Assembly (NCBI GenBank): GCA_965215265.1
Contig: OZ244048.1
Span: 192,001-256,000, forward strand
DNA length: 64,000 nucleotides
Direction: 5' to 3'
Source: Candidatus Poribacteria bacterium
GTDB lineage: Bacteria > Poribacteria > WGA-4E > WGA-3G
The notes under the pieces are model-generated. The model did no database searches, was not told where the DNA came from, and worked only from the letters and a program-made list of their open reading frames with translations. The translations under genes and the position numbers were made by a program. Positions within the stretch are counted from its first letter, which is position 1. The number at the start of each line of letters is the position of its first letter. This document shows, piece by piece, positions 38,905 through 49,326 of the stretch.

Positions 38905-40956
38905 ATGAAAAGTGCCGAACAGCGAGGGCAAAAGTCAGCCAAAGAGAATCGGACGACCCGGAGAACGCGGGTTCAAGAATTGGCAAAGCAGTATGAGTTG
39001 ACTAATAGGGAACTCATGACGTTCTTGGAGAAGCTGGGCATTCGTGTCAGGAGTCAGACGAGCTTCCTCGATGAGGAAACGGTGTTACTTATTGAAGCTG
39101 AATTACAGGCTGAGGAGTCTGGATTAGCAAGTCCTTCTGCAGAAGAATTGAGGCTTGAGGGCTCGTCTACAGGGGACGAATCGGCAGGGATAAGTGACGG
39201 TTCCAATGTTAAGTTGCAAGTCACTGAAGGTATTACTGTTTCCAATCTTGCTTCAATGCTGGGTCTACAACCTACTGAATTGATTATACGCCTGATGAAT
39301 TTAAAGGTTATGGCGACTATTAACCAACAATTGGATTATAAAACACTTGAGATGCTTGGGGAGCATCTGGGTTTTGAAGTTATCAAGGCCCGGACGTTAG
39401 AAGAGGAGCTCTTAGAAGATACACCGGATACACCGGAATCATTAGAACCGCGCGCGCCGGTTATTACTATTATGGGCCACGTTGACCACGGTAAAACGTC
39501 CCTTTTGGATCGAATTCGACAATCAAATATCAGTGAATCAGAAGCAGGTAATATCACACAACATATTGGCGCGTATCATGTAACTTTAGATGGCGGAAGC
39601 ATTGTCTTCCTTGATACCCCTGGGCACGCTGCGTTCACGGCCATGCGTGCCCGTGGGGCTCAAGTCACGGATATTGTGGTACTGATTGTTGCGGCAGACG
39701 ACGGTGTGATGCCGCAGACAGTAGAAGCCCTCAATCATGCTAAAGCGGCGAAAGTTCCAATCGTTGTCGCGATTAACAAGATTGATGTGTCCGGTGCACG
39801 CCCTGACTATGTAAAGCAGCAGTTGAGTGAACACGAATTGATTCCGGAAGAATGGGGGGGACAGACAATTTGTGTTGAAACCTCCGCTATTGATGGTATC
39901 GGCATTGATTTTTTGCTTGAGATGCTTCTTTTGGAAGCCGCCTTGCTGGAACTTAAGGCGAACCCGGCAAAGCCTGCCCGTGGTGTAATTATAGAAGCAA
40001 AAGTCGATAAGGAGCGTGGTGCACTCGCCACAGTTTTGGTACAATCTGGAACGCTGCGGGTTGGCGATGTGTTCGTTTCCGGGAGATTCTCTGGAAAAGT
40101 CAGGGCAATGATGGACGACCTTGGAAAACGGATGAAGGAAGCCGGCCCTGCCTGTCCAATCGAAGTGCTTGGTTTTACAGGAGTACCCGAAGCCGGAGAC
40201 AAATTCCACGTTGTTGAATCTGAAAAAGATGCACGGGCGATAAGCGAGGCACGGCAAGACTTATACCGGTCTGCGAAACTCGGACAGAACAGCCGCGTCA
40301 GCTTAGATGCACTATTCCAGCAGATTCAGGATGGCGACATCAAAGAATTGAGTGTTGTCGTGAAAGGTGATGTGCAGGGTTCTGTCCAAGCTGTCAGTGA
40401 ATCGTTGCTCAATATGGACACTGATGAGGTAAAAATCAATATTATCCATCAAGGCACCGGCAACATTACGGAAACCGACATTCTGCTGGCATCAGCATCG
40501 CAAGCCATCGTTGTTGGATTCAATGTTGATTCGACACCTGAAGCTTTGCAGGCGAAGGAGACAGAGGGAATAGATATGCGTACTTATGACATCATCTATA
40601 ACCTCATTTCCGACATTCGTTCTGCCATGGAGGGTTTACTCGACCCGGAAGTCCGCGAGATAGTTATCGGACGAGCAGAGGTACGAGAATTGTTCCGGGT
40701 TCCCCGGCTTGGGTTAGTTGCCGGCAGTTATGTTAATTGGGGCAGAATCGCTCATGACCATCCGCTTCGCATTCTTCGCGGGAATCGCTTAATTCATGAA
40801 GGCAAGGTCAATTCCCTCCGTCGATTCAAAGACAATGTCAATGAAGTTCAAGCGAATTATGAGTGTGGCATCGGTATTGAGACCTTTGAGGACTTGAAAA
40901 TTGGAGATGTTATTGAGTGTTATGTACACGAACAGGTAGCACGATCTCTTTCTTAG
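38905..40956 (+). CDS. infB: Translation initiation factor IF-2
   Basis: 'MGHVDHGKTSLLD', 'DTPGHAAF' and 'NKID'. Confidence 0.98.
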   Translation: MKSAEQRGQKSAKENRTTRRTRVQELAKQYELTNRELMTFLEKLGIRVRSQTSFLDEETVLLIEAELQAEESGLASPSAEELRLEGSSTGDESAGISDGSNVKLQVTEGITVSNLASMLGLQPTELIIRLMNLKVMATINQQLDYKTLEMLGEHLGFEVIKARTLEEELLEDTPDTPESLEPRAPVITIMGHVDHGKTSLLDRIRQSNISESEAGNITQHIGAYHVTLDGGSIVFLDTPGHAAFTAMRARGAQVTDIVVLIVAADDGVMPQTVEALNHAKAAKVPIVVAINKIDVSGARPDYVKQQLSEHELIPEEWGGQTICVETSAIDGIGIDFLLEMLLLEAALLELKANPAKPARGVIIEAKVDKERGALATVLVQSGTLRVGDVFVSGRFSGKVRAMMDDLGKRMKEAGPACPIEVLGFTGVPEAGDKFHVVESEKDARAISEARQDLYRSAKLGQNSRVSLDALFQQIQDGDIKELSVVVKGDVQGSVQAVSESLLNMDTDEVKINIIHQGTGNITETDILLASASQAIVVGFNVDSTPEALQAKETEGIDMRTYDIIYNLISDIRSAMEGLLDPEVREIVIGRAEVRELFRVPRLGLVAGSYVNWGRIAHDHPLRILRGNRLIHEGKVNSLRRFKDNVNEVQANYECGIGIETFEDLKIGDVIECYVHEQVARSLS

Positions 40957-40979
40957 GTAAGCTTGCAAGTGGTTAATTC

Positions 40980-41264
40980 ATGCACATCGGTATTTGTAAA
41001 GTTTGTCTCAGGATCCCTCAAAGTTGTTCACTTAAGGAGAAACGTCGCGTTATCAAAAGCCTTGTTATCCGGCTCAAGAATCGGTTCAATGTTGCCGTTG
41101 CCGAAGTGGATGCATTAGATGCGCATCAAACTGCTGTGCTAGCTGCTGTATCGGTTTCTAACGATGCTGCATATCTAAATGGCATTCTTTCACGGGTTGT
41201 CACCTTTATTGATACAAATGCCGCCGCTGAATTGGTGAATTATGAAACTGAATTTTTCTTTTAG
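40980..41264 (+). CDS. DUF503 (YlxP) family protein
   Basis: 'SLKEKRRVIKSL...RFNVAVAEV'; between infB and rbfA. Confidence 0.9.
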   Translation: MHIGICKVCLRIPQSCSLKEKRRVIKSLVIRLKNRFNVAVAEVDALDAHQTAVLAAVSVSNDAAYLNGILSRVVTFIDTNAAAELVNYETEFFF

Positions 41265-41273
41265 AGGCAAATA

Positions 41274-41636
41274 ATGGAAAACAGTAGAAGACGCGATCGG
41301 GTTGGATCGCTTATCCAACGAGAATTAAGCGAGATTCTTCAGCGAGCAATCAAAGATCCGCGGCTTGCATTGTGTACTGTTACACATGCAGAGGTCTCTG
41401 CGGACTTAAAATATGTGGACGTGAAAGTAAGTGTTATCGGGGATGCAGAACAGAAGGATAACGCTATTGCCGGCTTGAAAAGTGCTACTGGGTTTCTCAG
41501 GCGCGAGATCGGGCGTCGTCTAACACTCCGATATTCACCGGAACTGCGATTCGCTTTGGACGACTCTGTTGATCATCTGATGAAGATAGATGAGCTCTTA
41601 AAATCGGCTGATTCGGGAGATGAAGATTCGGGATAA
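41274..41636 (+). CDS. rbfA: Ribosome-binding factor A
   Basis: 'IKDPRL', 'SADLK' and 'LRYSPELRF'. Confidence 0.95.
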   Translation: MENSRRRDRVGSLIQRELSEILQRAIKDPRLALCTVTHAEVSADLKYVDVKVSVIGDAEQKDNAIAGLKSATGFLRREIGRRLTLRYSPELRFALDDSVDHLMKIDELLKSADSGDEDSG

Positions 41637-41686
41637 GAATTGATAAACGGGTTGTAACCTTGTTTCTTTAGAAAAATAAAATTGAT

Positions 41687-42733
41687 ATGGAGAATTATTG
41701 TACTCTCCTTACCCTATTTGAGCAATATGAGACTTTTGCGCTCTCAACGCATATTCATCCTGATGGCGATGCGATCGGTTCGGAATTAGCCCTCTATCTT
41801 TTTCTGAAACGGCTCGGCAAATCCGTTAAAATGTTTAACAGCGACGAGGTGCCCGCGAACTATAGATTCCTACCGTTTTGGGATGATATTGAAGGCATAT
41901 CTTCTATTGAAGGGTATCGCCCTGAGGTTCTGGTTATATTAGACGCGAGCAGCCACGAACGGATTGGCGTTAAGTTATCCAAAACACTGAAACCCTTACA
42001 TATTCTCATCAATATAGACCATCACGCGACAGCAGTAGCGTTCGGCGATATCAATCTCATTGAGCCCTCAGCTTCTTCCACTTCAGAAATTATTTATCGG
42101 CTGATTAAAGCCCAGACTCCACCAATAATGTTAAATAGACAAAATCTCTCTACGGCGGACTCTCTAGATGAGGCATGCGCTCTCTGTCTCTATACTGGCA
42201 TCATGTTTGACACCGGTTGTTTTCGCCATAGTAATGCTTCGGCAGAAACGCATCGCATTGCAGCTGATTTGATTGAGCTCGGTGGTTTCGCACCGGATGA
42301 AGTCTATCGTAGTGTTTATGAACAGGTACCTATTTGCAAAGTACACCTACTGAGTAAAGTCCTTGGCACACTGCGTGTGACAAAAAACGGAAAGATAGCC
42401 TCGGTATATGCAACGCAAGCAATGTTCAATCAAACAGGGGCGACAACCGATGCGGTAGAAGGGATTGTGAATCATATTCAAACGATTGCAGGCATTGAAG
42501 TCGCTCTTTGTGTAACCGAGTTAGAAGATGGTAGTACAAAGGTGAGTTTGCGCAGTCAAGGACGCGTGGATGTAGGGGCACTAGCTGCCGAGTTCAATGG
42601 TGGCGGCCATGAGCGTGCATCCGGTTGCCGCATCTCGATGCCGTATCTTTCCGCTATAACAGCACTGGTAGCAACAGCACAACGCTACATTGGACGGACT
42701 GAAGAAACCTCTTCGGTGAGAACAAATCGATAG
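41687..42733 (+). CDS. nrnA: DHH/DHHA1 bifunctional oligoribonuclease/PAP phosphatase
   Basis: 'HIHPDGDAIGS', 'NIDHH', 'DTGCF' and 'GGGHERASG'. Confidence 0.9.
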   Translation: MENYCTLLTLFEQYETFALSTHIHPDGDAIGSELALYLFLKRLGKSVKMFNSDEVPANYRFLPFWDDIEGISSIEGYRPEVLVILDASSHERIGVKLSKTLKPLHILINIDHHATAVAFGDINLIEPSASSTSEIIYRLIKAQTPPIMLNRQNLSTADSLDEACALCLYTGIMFDTGCFRHSNASAETHRIAADLIELGGFAPDEVYRSVYEQVPICKVHLLSKVLGTLRVTKNGKIASVYATQAMFNQTGATTDAVEGIVNHIQTIAGIEVALCVTELEDGSTKVSLRSQGRVDVGALAAEFNGGGHERASGCRISMPYLSAITALVATAQRYIGRTEETSSVRTNR

Positions 42734-42896
42734 TCCATTTTTGAGTAAGGGTTTAGTGTTTTAAGGGGCACATCGCGCAAGTGACAATGAGGTTCGGGAA
42801 CTTTTTTATCCTAATTTTGGCAATATAGGAGTCAGGGTTATACAGTGTGCCTTGCACAACTTTAGTCCCGTTAGGGATATCCTGTTTATAACGATT

Positions 42897-43862
42897 TTGG
42901 AAACTTTTTATACTTTGGACGATGTCCCCCAATTTGATAGAAACGCGGCAGTCACCTTTGGCGTATTTGATGGGATCCATATTGGACATCAAACCGTTCT
43001 TAAAGTGCTTCTCCAGCGTGCCTCACAAGAAAATCTAATCAGCATCCTTGTAGGTTTCTATCCGCATCCGTTGGCGTTTCTAGATCCGGAACAGTGTCCA
43101 CCGATCTTAATGCCTCTCGCTAAGCGGCTTGAAATTCTTGAAGAAATTGGCATAGATAAAACGGTCATTCTCCGTTTTGATGAACAGATTGCTTGTATGC
43201 CACCGAGAACCTTTGTGCAGCGCGTATTATTAGAGAAATGTCGGGCAAAGCATATAGTTGTGGGCTATGCATGCCAGTTTGGGAAGGGCCGTGAAGGTAA
43301 CGCACAATACTTAGCAGAGCTCAGCAGGTTTCAACCTTTTGATGTTTCAATTGTGCCACCGACTGAGGTAAATGGTGCACCTGTGCATAGCACTCGCATT
43401 CGCGAAGCCATAGCCAGAGGAGACCTCAACTGGAGTTCGCGACTATTGAGGCGGACCTATTCTCTCATTGGACATGTAGTGCGCGGAGATGGTAGAGGGA
43501 AGCAGCTCGGTTTTCCAACAGCAAATATAGAGACACAAAATCAGGTTTGCCCACCGAATGGGGTTTACGCGATTCGGGCTAGGTTCATGCCTACAGACCG
43601 GGCAGCTGCGCCTGAATCAACTCGATACTTAGACGGTGTTTTGAATATAGGCACACGTCCTACATTTGATGGAGTGAAATTTCAAGTTGAAGCACACTTC
43701 TTCAATTTTGATCAAACCATCTATGGCAAATCTGTAGAGCTTTTTTTTGTAGAAAAAATTAGGAGTGAACGGAAGTTTCCACATCCAGCTCCTCTTGTAC
43801 AACAGATTCAGCGGGATATAGCTGCCGCCACCGAGATTCTGGCGGAGTCAGGCCACGTTTAA
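42897..43862 (+). CDS. ribF: Bifunctional riboflavin kinase/FAD synthetase
   Basis: 'GVFDGIHIGHQ', 'GKQLGFPTAN' and 'NIGTRPTF'; TTG start uncertain. Confidence 0.95.
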   Translation: METFYTLDDVPQFDRNAAVTFGVFDGIHIGHQTVLKVLLQRASQENLISILVGFYPHPLAFLDPEQCPPILMPLAKRLEILEEIGIDKTVILRFDEQIACMPPRTFVQRVLLEKCRAKHIVVGYACQFGKGREGNAQYLAELSRFQPFDVSIVPPTEVNGAPVHSTRIREAIARGDLNWSSRLLRRTYSLIGHVVRGDGRGKQLGFPTANIETQNQVCPPNGVYAIRARFMPTDRAAAPESTRYLDGVLNIGTRPTFDGVKFQVEAHFFNFDQTIYGKSVELFFVEKIRSERKFPHPAPLVQQIQRDIAAATEILAESGHV

Positions 43863-43879
43863 AGGATTCTCAATTTAAT

Positions 43880-43908
43880 TTGAATTTTCCGTCATTCTGT
43901 GATATAAT
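43880..43908 (+). promoter_or_regulatory. sigma70 promoter of rpsO-pnp
   Basis: TTGAAT-17 bp-TATAAT with TG extension. Confidence 0.6.
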
Positions 43909-43956
43909 ATATGTATCAATAATGGCTATTAGGCAATCTAAAGGAGGTGAGCGCGA

Positions 43957-44247
43957 TTGGCAATTGATGCGGCACGGAAGCAGGAAATAATCCAACAGCA
44001 CCAGATGCACAAACGGGATACCGGTTCCCCGGAAGCACAAGTGGCGGTGTTGAATGCACGCATTCGACAACTCACTGAACATTTTCGGACGCATAGGAAA
44101 GACTATCATTCCCGCCATGGACTTTTTCGCTTAGTTGGAAAACAGCGACGTTTGTTAAGGTATCTTTACAAAAAGGATATTACGCGCTATTACAGTTTAA
44201 TTAATGAGTTAAAAATTCGTGATACTATTGGATCCAGCAAAGCGTAA
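43957..44247 (+). CDS. rpsO: 30S ribosomal protein S15
   Basis: 'DTGSPEAQVA' and 'KDYHSRHGL'; AGGAGG RBS with TTG start. Confidence 0.97.
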   Translation: MAIDAARKQEIIQQHQMHKRDTGSPEAQVAVLNARIRQLTEHFRTHRKDYHSRHGLFRLVGKQRRLLRYLYKKDITRYYSLINELKIRDTIGSSKA

Positions 44248-44474
44248 GAAGCAGCTTGCAAAGGCATATTGCAACGCACCGGCCACCGTCGGCTCCCGCA
44301 AGATTCAGTCGGAGGCTTCCCCTCTTTTGCTATTGGCGAATCAACGTGCCATAGAGGGAGATTTTTCGCGCATGCAGACGCATGCCTTTAGAACAGAGAA
44401 CGTAAATAGTATTTTAATTTTGTTTCGCAATATGGGCTTGCAAGTTTTGCCCCATAATAGGAGTAGGATAAAAG

Positions 44475-46799
44475 ATGAAATTTGAAATGCAACTTGGGAG
44501 TGAGAAGTTATCTATTGAAACCGGAAAAGTTGCAAAACAAGCAGACGGTGCCGTTTGGGTACAGTACGGCGGAACAGTTGTCCTCGTTACAGTAGTAGCC
44601 GACCCGAGTGAAAATGACTTGGATTTCTTTCCATTAACGGTAGATTATAGAGAAAGGGCCTACGCCAGTGGGCGCATCCCGACTGTCTATGGGCGCAGAG
44701 AACCACGCCCCGGTACATCAGAACAACTCGTTGCACGATTAATTGACCACTGCATCCGGCCATTATTCCCAAAGGACTTTAAAGCCGAGGTTCAGGTTTT
44801 ATGCAATGTGTTATCCTCGGATGGCATCCACTCTGCCGACGTACCCGCGCTGATCGGTACATCGGCAGCACTCTCCATATCAGATATCCCCTTTAACGGT
44901 CCGGTTGCAGCGGTAACTATGGGAAAAGTAGACGGAAAACTGATTGTTAACCCCAGTTACGAGGCACTGCATGAATCAGATATGGAACTTTTCGTCAGTG
45001 GAAAGATAGACGCGGTGATGTCAGTTGAAGGCGGGGGACATGAAATTCCCGAAGACGAAGTTATTGATACAATCATCACTGCGCACGCAGAGATAAAGGA
45101 AGCTATCAAAATTCAAGAAGCCTTAGCAGCTGTTAGCAGTCGTCAGAAGCGCGACTATGCAGCAAAAAGTGTAAAATCAGAGCTCAACCGTCGCGTCCGA
45201 GATCTGGCTACATCAAAAATCCAGGAATCTATCGGAATGGCAGATAAGAAATCCCGCGAAGACTATCTCGAACAGGTACAGGAAGAGGTGTTATCGGAGA
45301 TCTTGGTGGAAATACCGGAAGAGGTAGACCCAACAGCGACGAAGGATGCAATTTCTATTTTGAGTGACATTGAGAAAGAGGAGATGCGTCAGGCGATTCT
45401 GACCGAGGGAACGCGCGTTGATGGACGGGGCGTAACCGACATCCGCTCTATTTCTGGTGAAGTCGCTTTACTTCCATACGCCCATGGCTCTGCACTCTTC
45501 ACCCGTGGACAAACACAAGCACTCTGTGCAACAACCCTTGGTACCTCCGGCGATGAAGACGTGCAACGGGGACTTGAAGGAGAAGCCAGACGCTCCTTCT
45601 TCCTCCACTACAACTTCCCCCCTTTTAGCACCGGTGAAGTCAAACGAATGATGGGCCCCGGACGCCGGGAAATCGGACACGGCGCACTCGCTGAGAAAGC
45701 ACTCGAACCGGTGATTCCAAAAAAAGAGGATTTTCACTATACTATCCGGGTTGTCTCTGAGATATTGGAATCGAATGCTTCTTCTTCAATGGCAACCGTG
45801 TGTGGCGCGACGCTCGCCCTGATGGATGCAGGAGTGCCTATTAAAAAACCCGTGGCAGGAATTGGCATCGGTTTGATCAAAGAAGGCGAGAACGAGGTTA
45901 TTCTCACCGATATGCTTGGCACTGAGGATTTCCTCGGGGATATGGATTTCAAAGTCGCAGGTACAAGCGAAGGGGTTACTGCCATCCAAATGGATATCAA
46001 AATTGATGGCGTGACACCGGAACTGATGCGCACCGCCATCCATCAAGCAAAGAAAGCACGGCTTGCTGTCATTGAACAGATGAACGCTATCATTGCTGAA
46101 CCTCGTCAAGAATTGTCGCCTTATGCACCGCGTATCCATTCTATACAGATTGCGCAGCAGAAGATTAAAGACCTCATCGGACCGCGTGGTAAAACCGTAC
46201 AAGGTCTTCAGGAAGAGACTAACACCACGATTAACATCGAAGATGATGGGACCGTGGAGATCGCCGCAACTAGCGTGGAAGATGTACGCCTCGCTGAAGA
46301 AAAAATTCGTGCAATCACCGCGATGCCGGAGATCGGTAAGGAATACACAGGCAAAGTCGTCCGCACTGCTCCTTTTGGTGCTTTTGTTGAAATCCTACCG
46401 GGTAAAGACGGCCTCGTCCACATTTCGCAGATGGGCGACGGCTATGTCCGCCGCGCCGAAGATGTTATGCAAGTTGGAGACGAAGTTACCGTGCGCATTC
46501 TTACTATAGATGAACAGGACCGGCTGGATCTGACTTTGATAGCTGCTAGGGGAATACCCGTCGAAGAACTCAACGTAGGCGGAAACTCAGACAACGATTC
46601 GGAATGGAATGATTCGAGGGAACCCCGGGACTCAGGCCGCTACAATTACCGTGACAACCGCGATTCGCGAGACTATCGTGGAGATCGACGGAATCGTGAT
46701 TCACGGGAAAGACGCGGCGGTCGCTATGATTCGTCGGATAACGAACGCGACTTCCGAAATCGTCGTACACCACGCATCCCAAAGGGACGTTCCAGATAG
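44475..46799 (+). CDS. pnp: Polyribonucleotide nucleotidyltransferase (PNPase)
   Basis: 'FFPLTVDYRE', 'RREIGHGALA', 'GDMDFKVAG', KH and S1 domains. Confidence 0.98.
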   Translation: MKFEMQLGSEKLSIETGKVAKQADGAVWVQYGGTVVLVTVVADPSENDLDFFPLTVDYRERAYASGRIPTVYGRREPRPGTSEQLVARLIDHCIRPLFPKDFKAEVQVLCNVLSSDGIHSADVPALIGTSAALSISDIPFNGPVAAVTMGKVDGKLIVNPSYEALHESDMELFVSGKIDAVMSVEGGGHEIPEDEVIDTIITAHAEIKEAIKIQEALAAVSSRQKRDYAAKSVKSELNRRVRDLATSKIQESIGMADKKSREDYLEQVQEEVLSEILVEIPEEVDPTATKDAISILSDIEKEEMRQAILTEGTRVDGRGVTDIRSISGEVALLPYAHGSALFTRGQTQALCATTLGTSGDEDVQRGLEGEARRSFFLHYNFPPFSTGEVKRMMGPGRREIGHGALAEKALEPVIPKKEDFHYTIRVVSEILESNASSSMATVCGATLALMDAGVPIKKPVAGIGIGLIKEGENEVILTDMLGTEDFLGDMDFKVAGTSEGVTAIQMDIKIDGVTPELMRTAIHQAKKARLAVIEQMNAIIAEPRQELSPYAPRIHSIQIAQQKIKDLIGPRGKTVQGLQEETNTTINIEDDGTVEIAATSVEDVRLAEEKIRAITAMPEIGKEYTGKVVRTAPFGAFVEILPGKDGLVHISQMGDGYVRRAEDVMQVGDEVTVRILTIDEQDRLDLTLIAARGIPVEELNVGGNSDNDSEWNDSREPRDSGRYNYRDNRDSRDYRGDRRNRDSRERRGGRYDSSDNERDFRNRRTPRIPKGRSR

Positions 46800-46985
46800 A
46801 ATCTTTCCATTTTAAAGAAGTGTGATAAAAAGGATTTGTGAATCGTCGCAGAAACGGTAGTATGATAAATGCTTCATTTTTCATACTACCATATCGTTCA
46901 AATTCTCTCCTAGCGGCTCACTCAGGTGGCACTTTTCGCAGAAGAAACAGACATCTTGGAAAAATAACGGAAGGGGAGGTTACTC

Positions 46986-47240
46986 ATGAAAGCTCGACTA
47001 TCCAAAAGACGACAGATTCAGAAGGCGAAAGGCGATTTGCTAGATCAGAAATGGCTAACCTATTTTTTGGTTATTATTCTCGTTCTGCTTATTGTGACAT
47101 TTGTGGTTTTATCATCCCCCGCGTATAAAAAACAGTTTATTGAAAGTGTCAAAACCGTATTTTATGGGAAGAAACAGAAGACTCGACGTCCTCAAGCTTC
47201 ACCGGCGGCTTTTCAGGGACCGACTCTGATTGGGAGGTAG
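46986..47240 (+). CDS. Small single-TM hypothetical protein
   Basis: GGAGG RBS, one hydrophobic helix with basic flanks, tightly coupled to the next gene. Confidence 0.65.
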   Translation: MKARLSKRRQIQKAKGDLLDQKWLTYFLVIILVLLIVTFVVLSSPAYKKQFIESVKTVFYGKKQKTRRPQASPAAFQGPTLIGR

Positions 47241-47243
47241 AAC

Positions 47244-47759
47244 ATGTCTAAATTGATGTTACTTTTAGCCATCCCGGTATTGCTATGTATAATCCCGGGT
47301 TGTGGATATGTTTCCAAGTCCGCTTATCTGGAGCATATTGAAACGATCAGGGTCCCACCCATTGAGATCTTGGATGCTGATTTTGCTTATGATGAAATCA
47401 CACAACGTCCTTATGATGAAGTCATTCAAGAAAAACTCATCCAACGTTTCAACCGCAAATGGCGAGATGGAAGCGACTCCCAATTTACGATGCGGATACA
47501 GGATTATAATATAAAGGAGCACGGGTTTGGCCCCAGCGGTGAAGTTGAGATGTTGCGGATGAGCCTACAAGTGGAATATGAATTTCTTGATAGAATCCGC
47601 AATAACATAATCGCACAAAGTACGAACCACGTCCAGGTTCATGATTTTTACCTTGTACCCAACCGAGGCGAACCGCCGGAAACCGTCAACCAAGCAAAAG
47701 GGCTGATAGTAGACGAATTGATAGAGGATCTTTACAATCAACTTGCTGAACAGTGGTAG
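47244..47759 (+). CDS. LptE-like LPS-assembly lipoprotein
   Basis: Lipobox 'IPGCGY', ~170 aa, C-terminal helix 'LIEDLYNQLAEQW'. Confidence 0.6.
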   Translation: MSKLMLLLAIPVLLCIIPGCGYVSKSAYLEHIETIRVPPIEILDADFAYDEITQRPYDEVIQEKLIQRFNRKWRDGSDSQFTMRIQDYNIKEHGFGPSGEVEMLRMSLQVEYEFLDRIRNNIIAQSTNHVQVHDFYLVPNRGEPPETVNQAKGLIVDELIEDLYNQLAEQW

Positions 47760-47774
47760 CATTCCCAAAAATTA

Positions 47775-47865
47775 TAGAGTCAATACATCAGGAACCTCCG
47801 ACGAGATTTATACACGAGCTGTCAATACCTAAGCGTTGATGGTACGTACGGAGATATACGAAAAA
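47775..47865 (+). repeat. Dispersed ~61-bp repeat unit with 5' extension, ending at the ATG of the next gene
   Basis: 'tagagtcaatacatcaggaacctccgacgagatttatacacg...taagcgttgatggtacgtacggagatatacgaaaaa' then ATG. Confidence 0.85.
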
Positions 47866-49011
47866 ATGAAAAGGCACGGCATAGTTTTGTTCGCAATTTT
47901 ATCGATCTCAATGCTTGGATGCGGTTCCTGTGATAGTGAACCAGGCAATTGGACAGTTGTCAACCAAATTGGTAATTATATCTACGGTGTATGGAAGGGG
48001 CCAACGGTGAAGGTAGCGTCGCAAGCAATGCGAGAAATCGCTGTGAACATTGGCGCTCAAGGTGACCGGCCGTCGGCACTAGCTACCCAAACGACTCTTG
48101 CCCCGGAGTCCCTCTTGCCTATAAAAGTGTCCGCCGGACGCGGGGCAACGGCATCTGATTGGATACAATCTAGAACACCATCAACATATCATAATACCCA
48201 AACGCTCTACCATGATAGGGCTGTAAAACCCGATATCTACTATGCCTATGGCTTCAAGCGACAAGCAGAGGTAGAGTACCAAGCATCAAGATTCGGTGCC
48301 AAACCCCTAATTTTACTTGAAATCTTCGATATGGGAACCCCAGAAAACGCCTTTGGCATTTATAGTTTTAACACCTATCCACAAGCGAAGATAGAATGGG
48401 TTGGCAGTAAGGCACTTCTTTCAGGTGGATACCTCCGGTTTTCTAAAAGTAAATATTTTATTCAGATAGAGGGGTACGAATTTGCAACCGGCATTCGCGA
48501 AGGAATGATCGCCTTGGCAAAAGTCGTCGCTTCCCAGATTAAAGAACCTCCAACTAAAGTGCCTTTACTAGCACTGCTACCAAGTCATAGAATCAACGGA
48601 AGTGAAAAACTCTTCCGCACAATTTGGACGCTAGACCAAATCTATAATGGCTTGCCGTCTCATCTCCCCCAATTTACCGACAAAAGGTTGCCCGCACTTC
48701 GTGAAGTAGATACCGCTGCTCTTCACAATGAACGGAGCAACAATACAGCAGAGTGGGCTTCAAGCGAGCTTCCAACTGAGATTGCGATGGAAATCAGTGC
48801 TGAAACTCCTATTGGTGTTTCAGCACGTTATCATGCTAAGGGGACCACAAACTGGCTGGATGCACCGATTGTTTTCATTATACGTTTTTCCGATGCCTCC
48901 ACTGCTGAGTCTGTTTACGCACTTTACCGGAACGCTGTGACAGAGAAAACCTCGTCTATCAAAATTGGAGAAGATGGGGAAATCCTAATCGATGAAACTT
49001 CTCGTTTATGA
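47866..49011 (+). CDS. Hypothetical lipoprotein (DUF6599-like)
   Basis: Lipobox 'MLGC'; 'LEIFDMGTPENAFGIYS' and 'FSKSKYFIQI'. Confidence 0.6.
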   Translation: MKRHGIVLFAILSISMLGCGSCDSEPGNWTVVNQIGNYIYGVWKGPTVKVASQAMREIAVNIGAQGDRPSALATQTTLAPESLLPIKVSAGRGATASDWIQSRTPSTYHNTQTLYHDRAVKPDIYYAYGFKRQAEVEYQASRFGAKPLILLEIFDMGTPENAFGIYSFNTYPQAKIEWVGSKALLSGGYLRFSKSKYFIQIEGYEFATGIREGMIALAKVVASQIKEPPTKVPLLALLPSHRINGSEKLFRTIWTLDQIYNGLPSHLPQFTDKRLPALREVDTAALHNERSNNTAEWASSELPTEIAMEISAETPIGVSARYHAKGTTNWLDAPIVFIIRFSDASTAESVYALYRNAVTEKTSSIKIGEDGEILIDETSRL

Positions 49012-49024
49012 AAATTCGCAGAAT

Positions 49025-49305
49025 TTTTCGTATTCGTATATCTCCGTTTTTTCGTATCTCTCGGTACTACCAACGTCTATGCTTTTGATGGTTCGTGTTG
49101 TAAAGGTTTTAACATTGCAGTGGCAGGATAGGTATTCTTTGTCTCTCCTTTCAGGAGTAAAAAAGATAACCGAACCCCGCCAAAAGTTATCAGCGGTGAA
49201 GAGAATGATGTTTAGAGTCAATACATCGAACGGCTCAGACGAGATTTATACAGTAATTTACAAAACATAATGCGTTATCGGGCTGAAATATACAAAAAAC
49301 GAAAA
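49025..49305. repeat. Repeat cluster: minus-strand unit (~49025-49105), GTGGCAGGATAGGTATTC motif, and extended plus-strand element (~49168-49305)
   Basis: 49168-49300 is near-identical to 55043-55177 ('accgaaccccgccaaaagttatcagcggtgaag...gacgagattt...acataatgcgttatcgggctgaaatat'). Confidence 0.88.
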
Positions 49306-49326
49306 AGTGAGTCAAGGAGGAATGTT

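Noticed and set aside
37879-40257. Long antisense ORFs within nusA (216 aa) and infB (223 aa)
   Set aside because: Typical antisense open frames of conserved genes, with no independent coding signal.
42733-42897. Absence of truB between rbfA/nrnA and ribF
   Set aside because: truB is often relocated and no remnant is visible; uninformative without the rest of the genome.
46923-46938. CAGGTGGCACTTTTCG, identical to sequence upstream of the bla promoter in cloning vectors
   Set aside because: The match stops after 16 bp and the flanks are native; coincidence rather than vector contamination.
48992-49326. Short ORFs 48992-49270, 49006-49221 and 55025-55315, and the N-terminal extensions of ORFs 47836, 49270, 50151 and 51382
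   Set aside because: They are translations of the repeat family; better starts matching family N-termini lie downstream.
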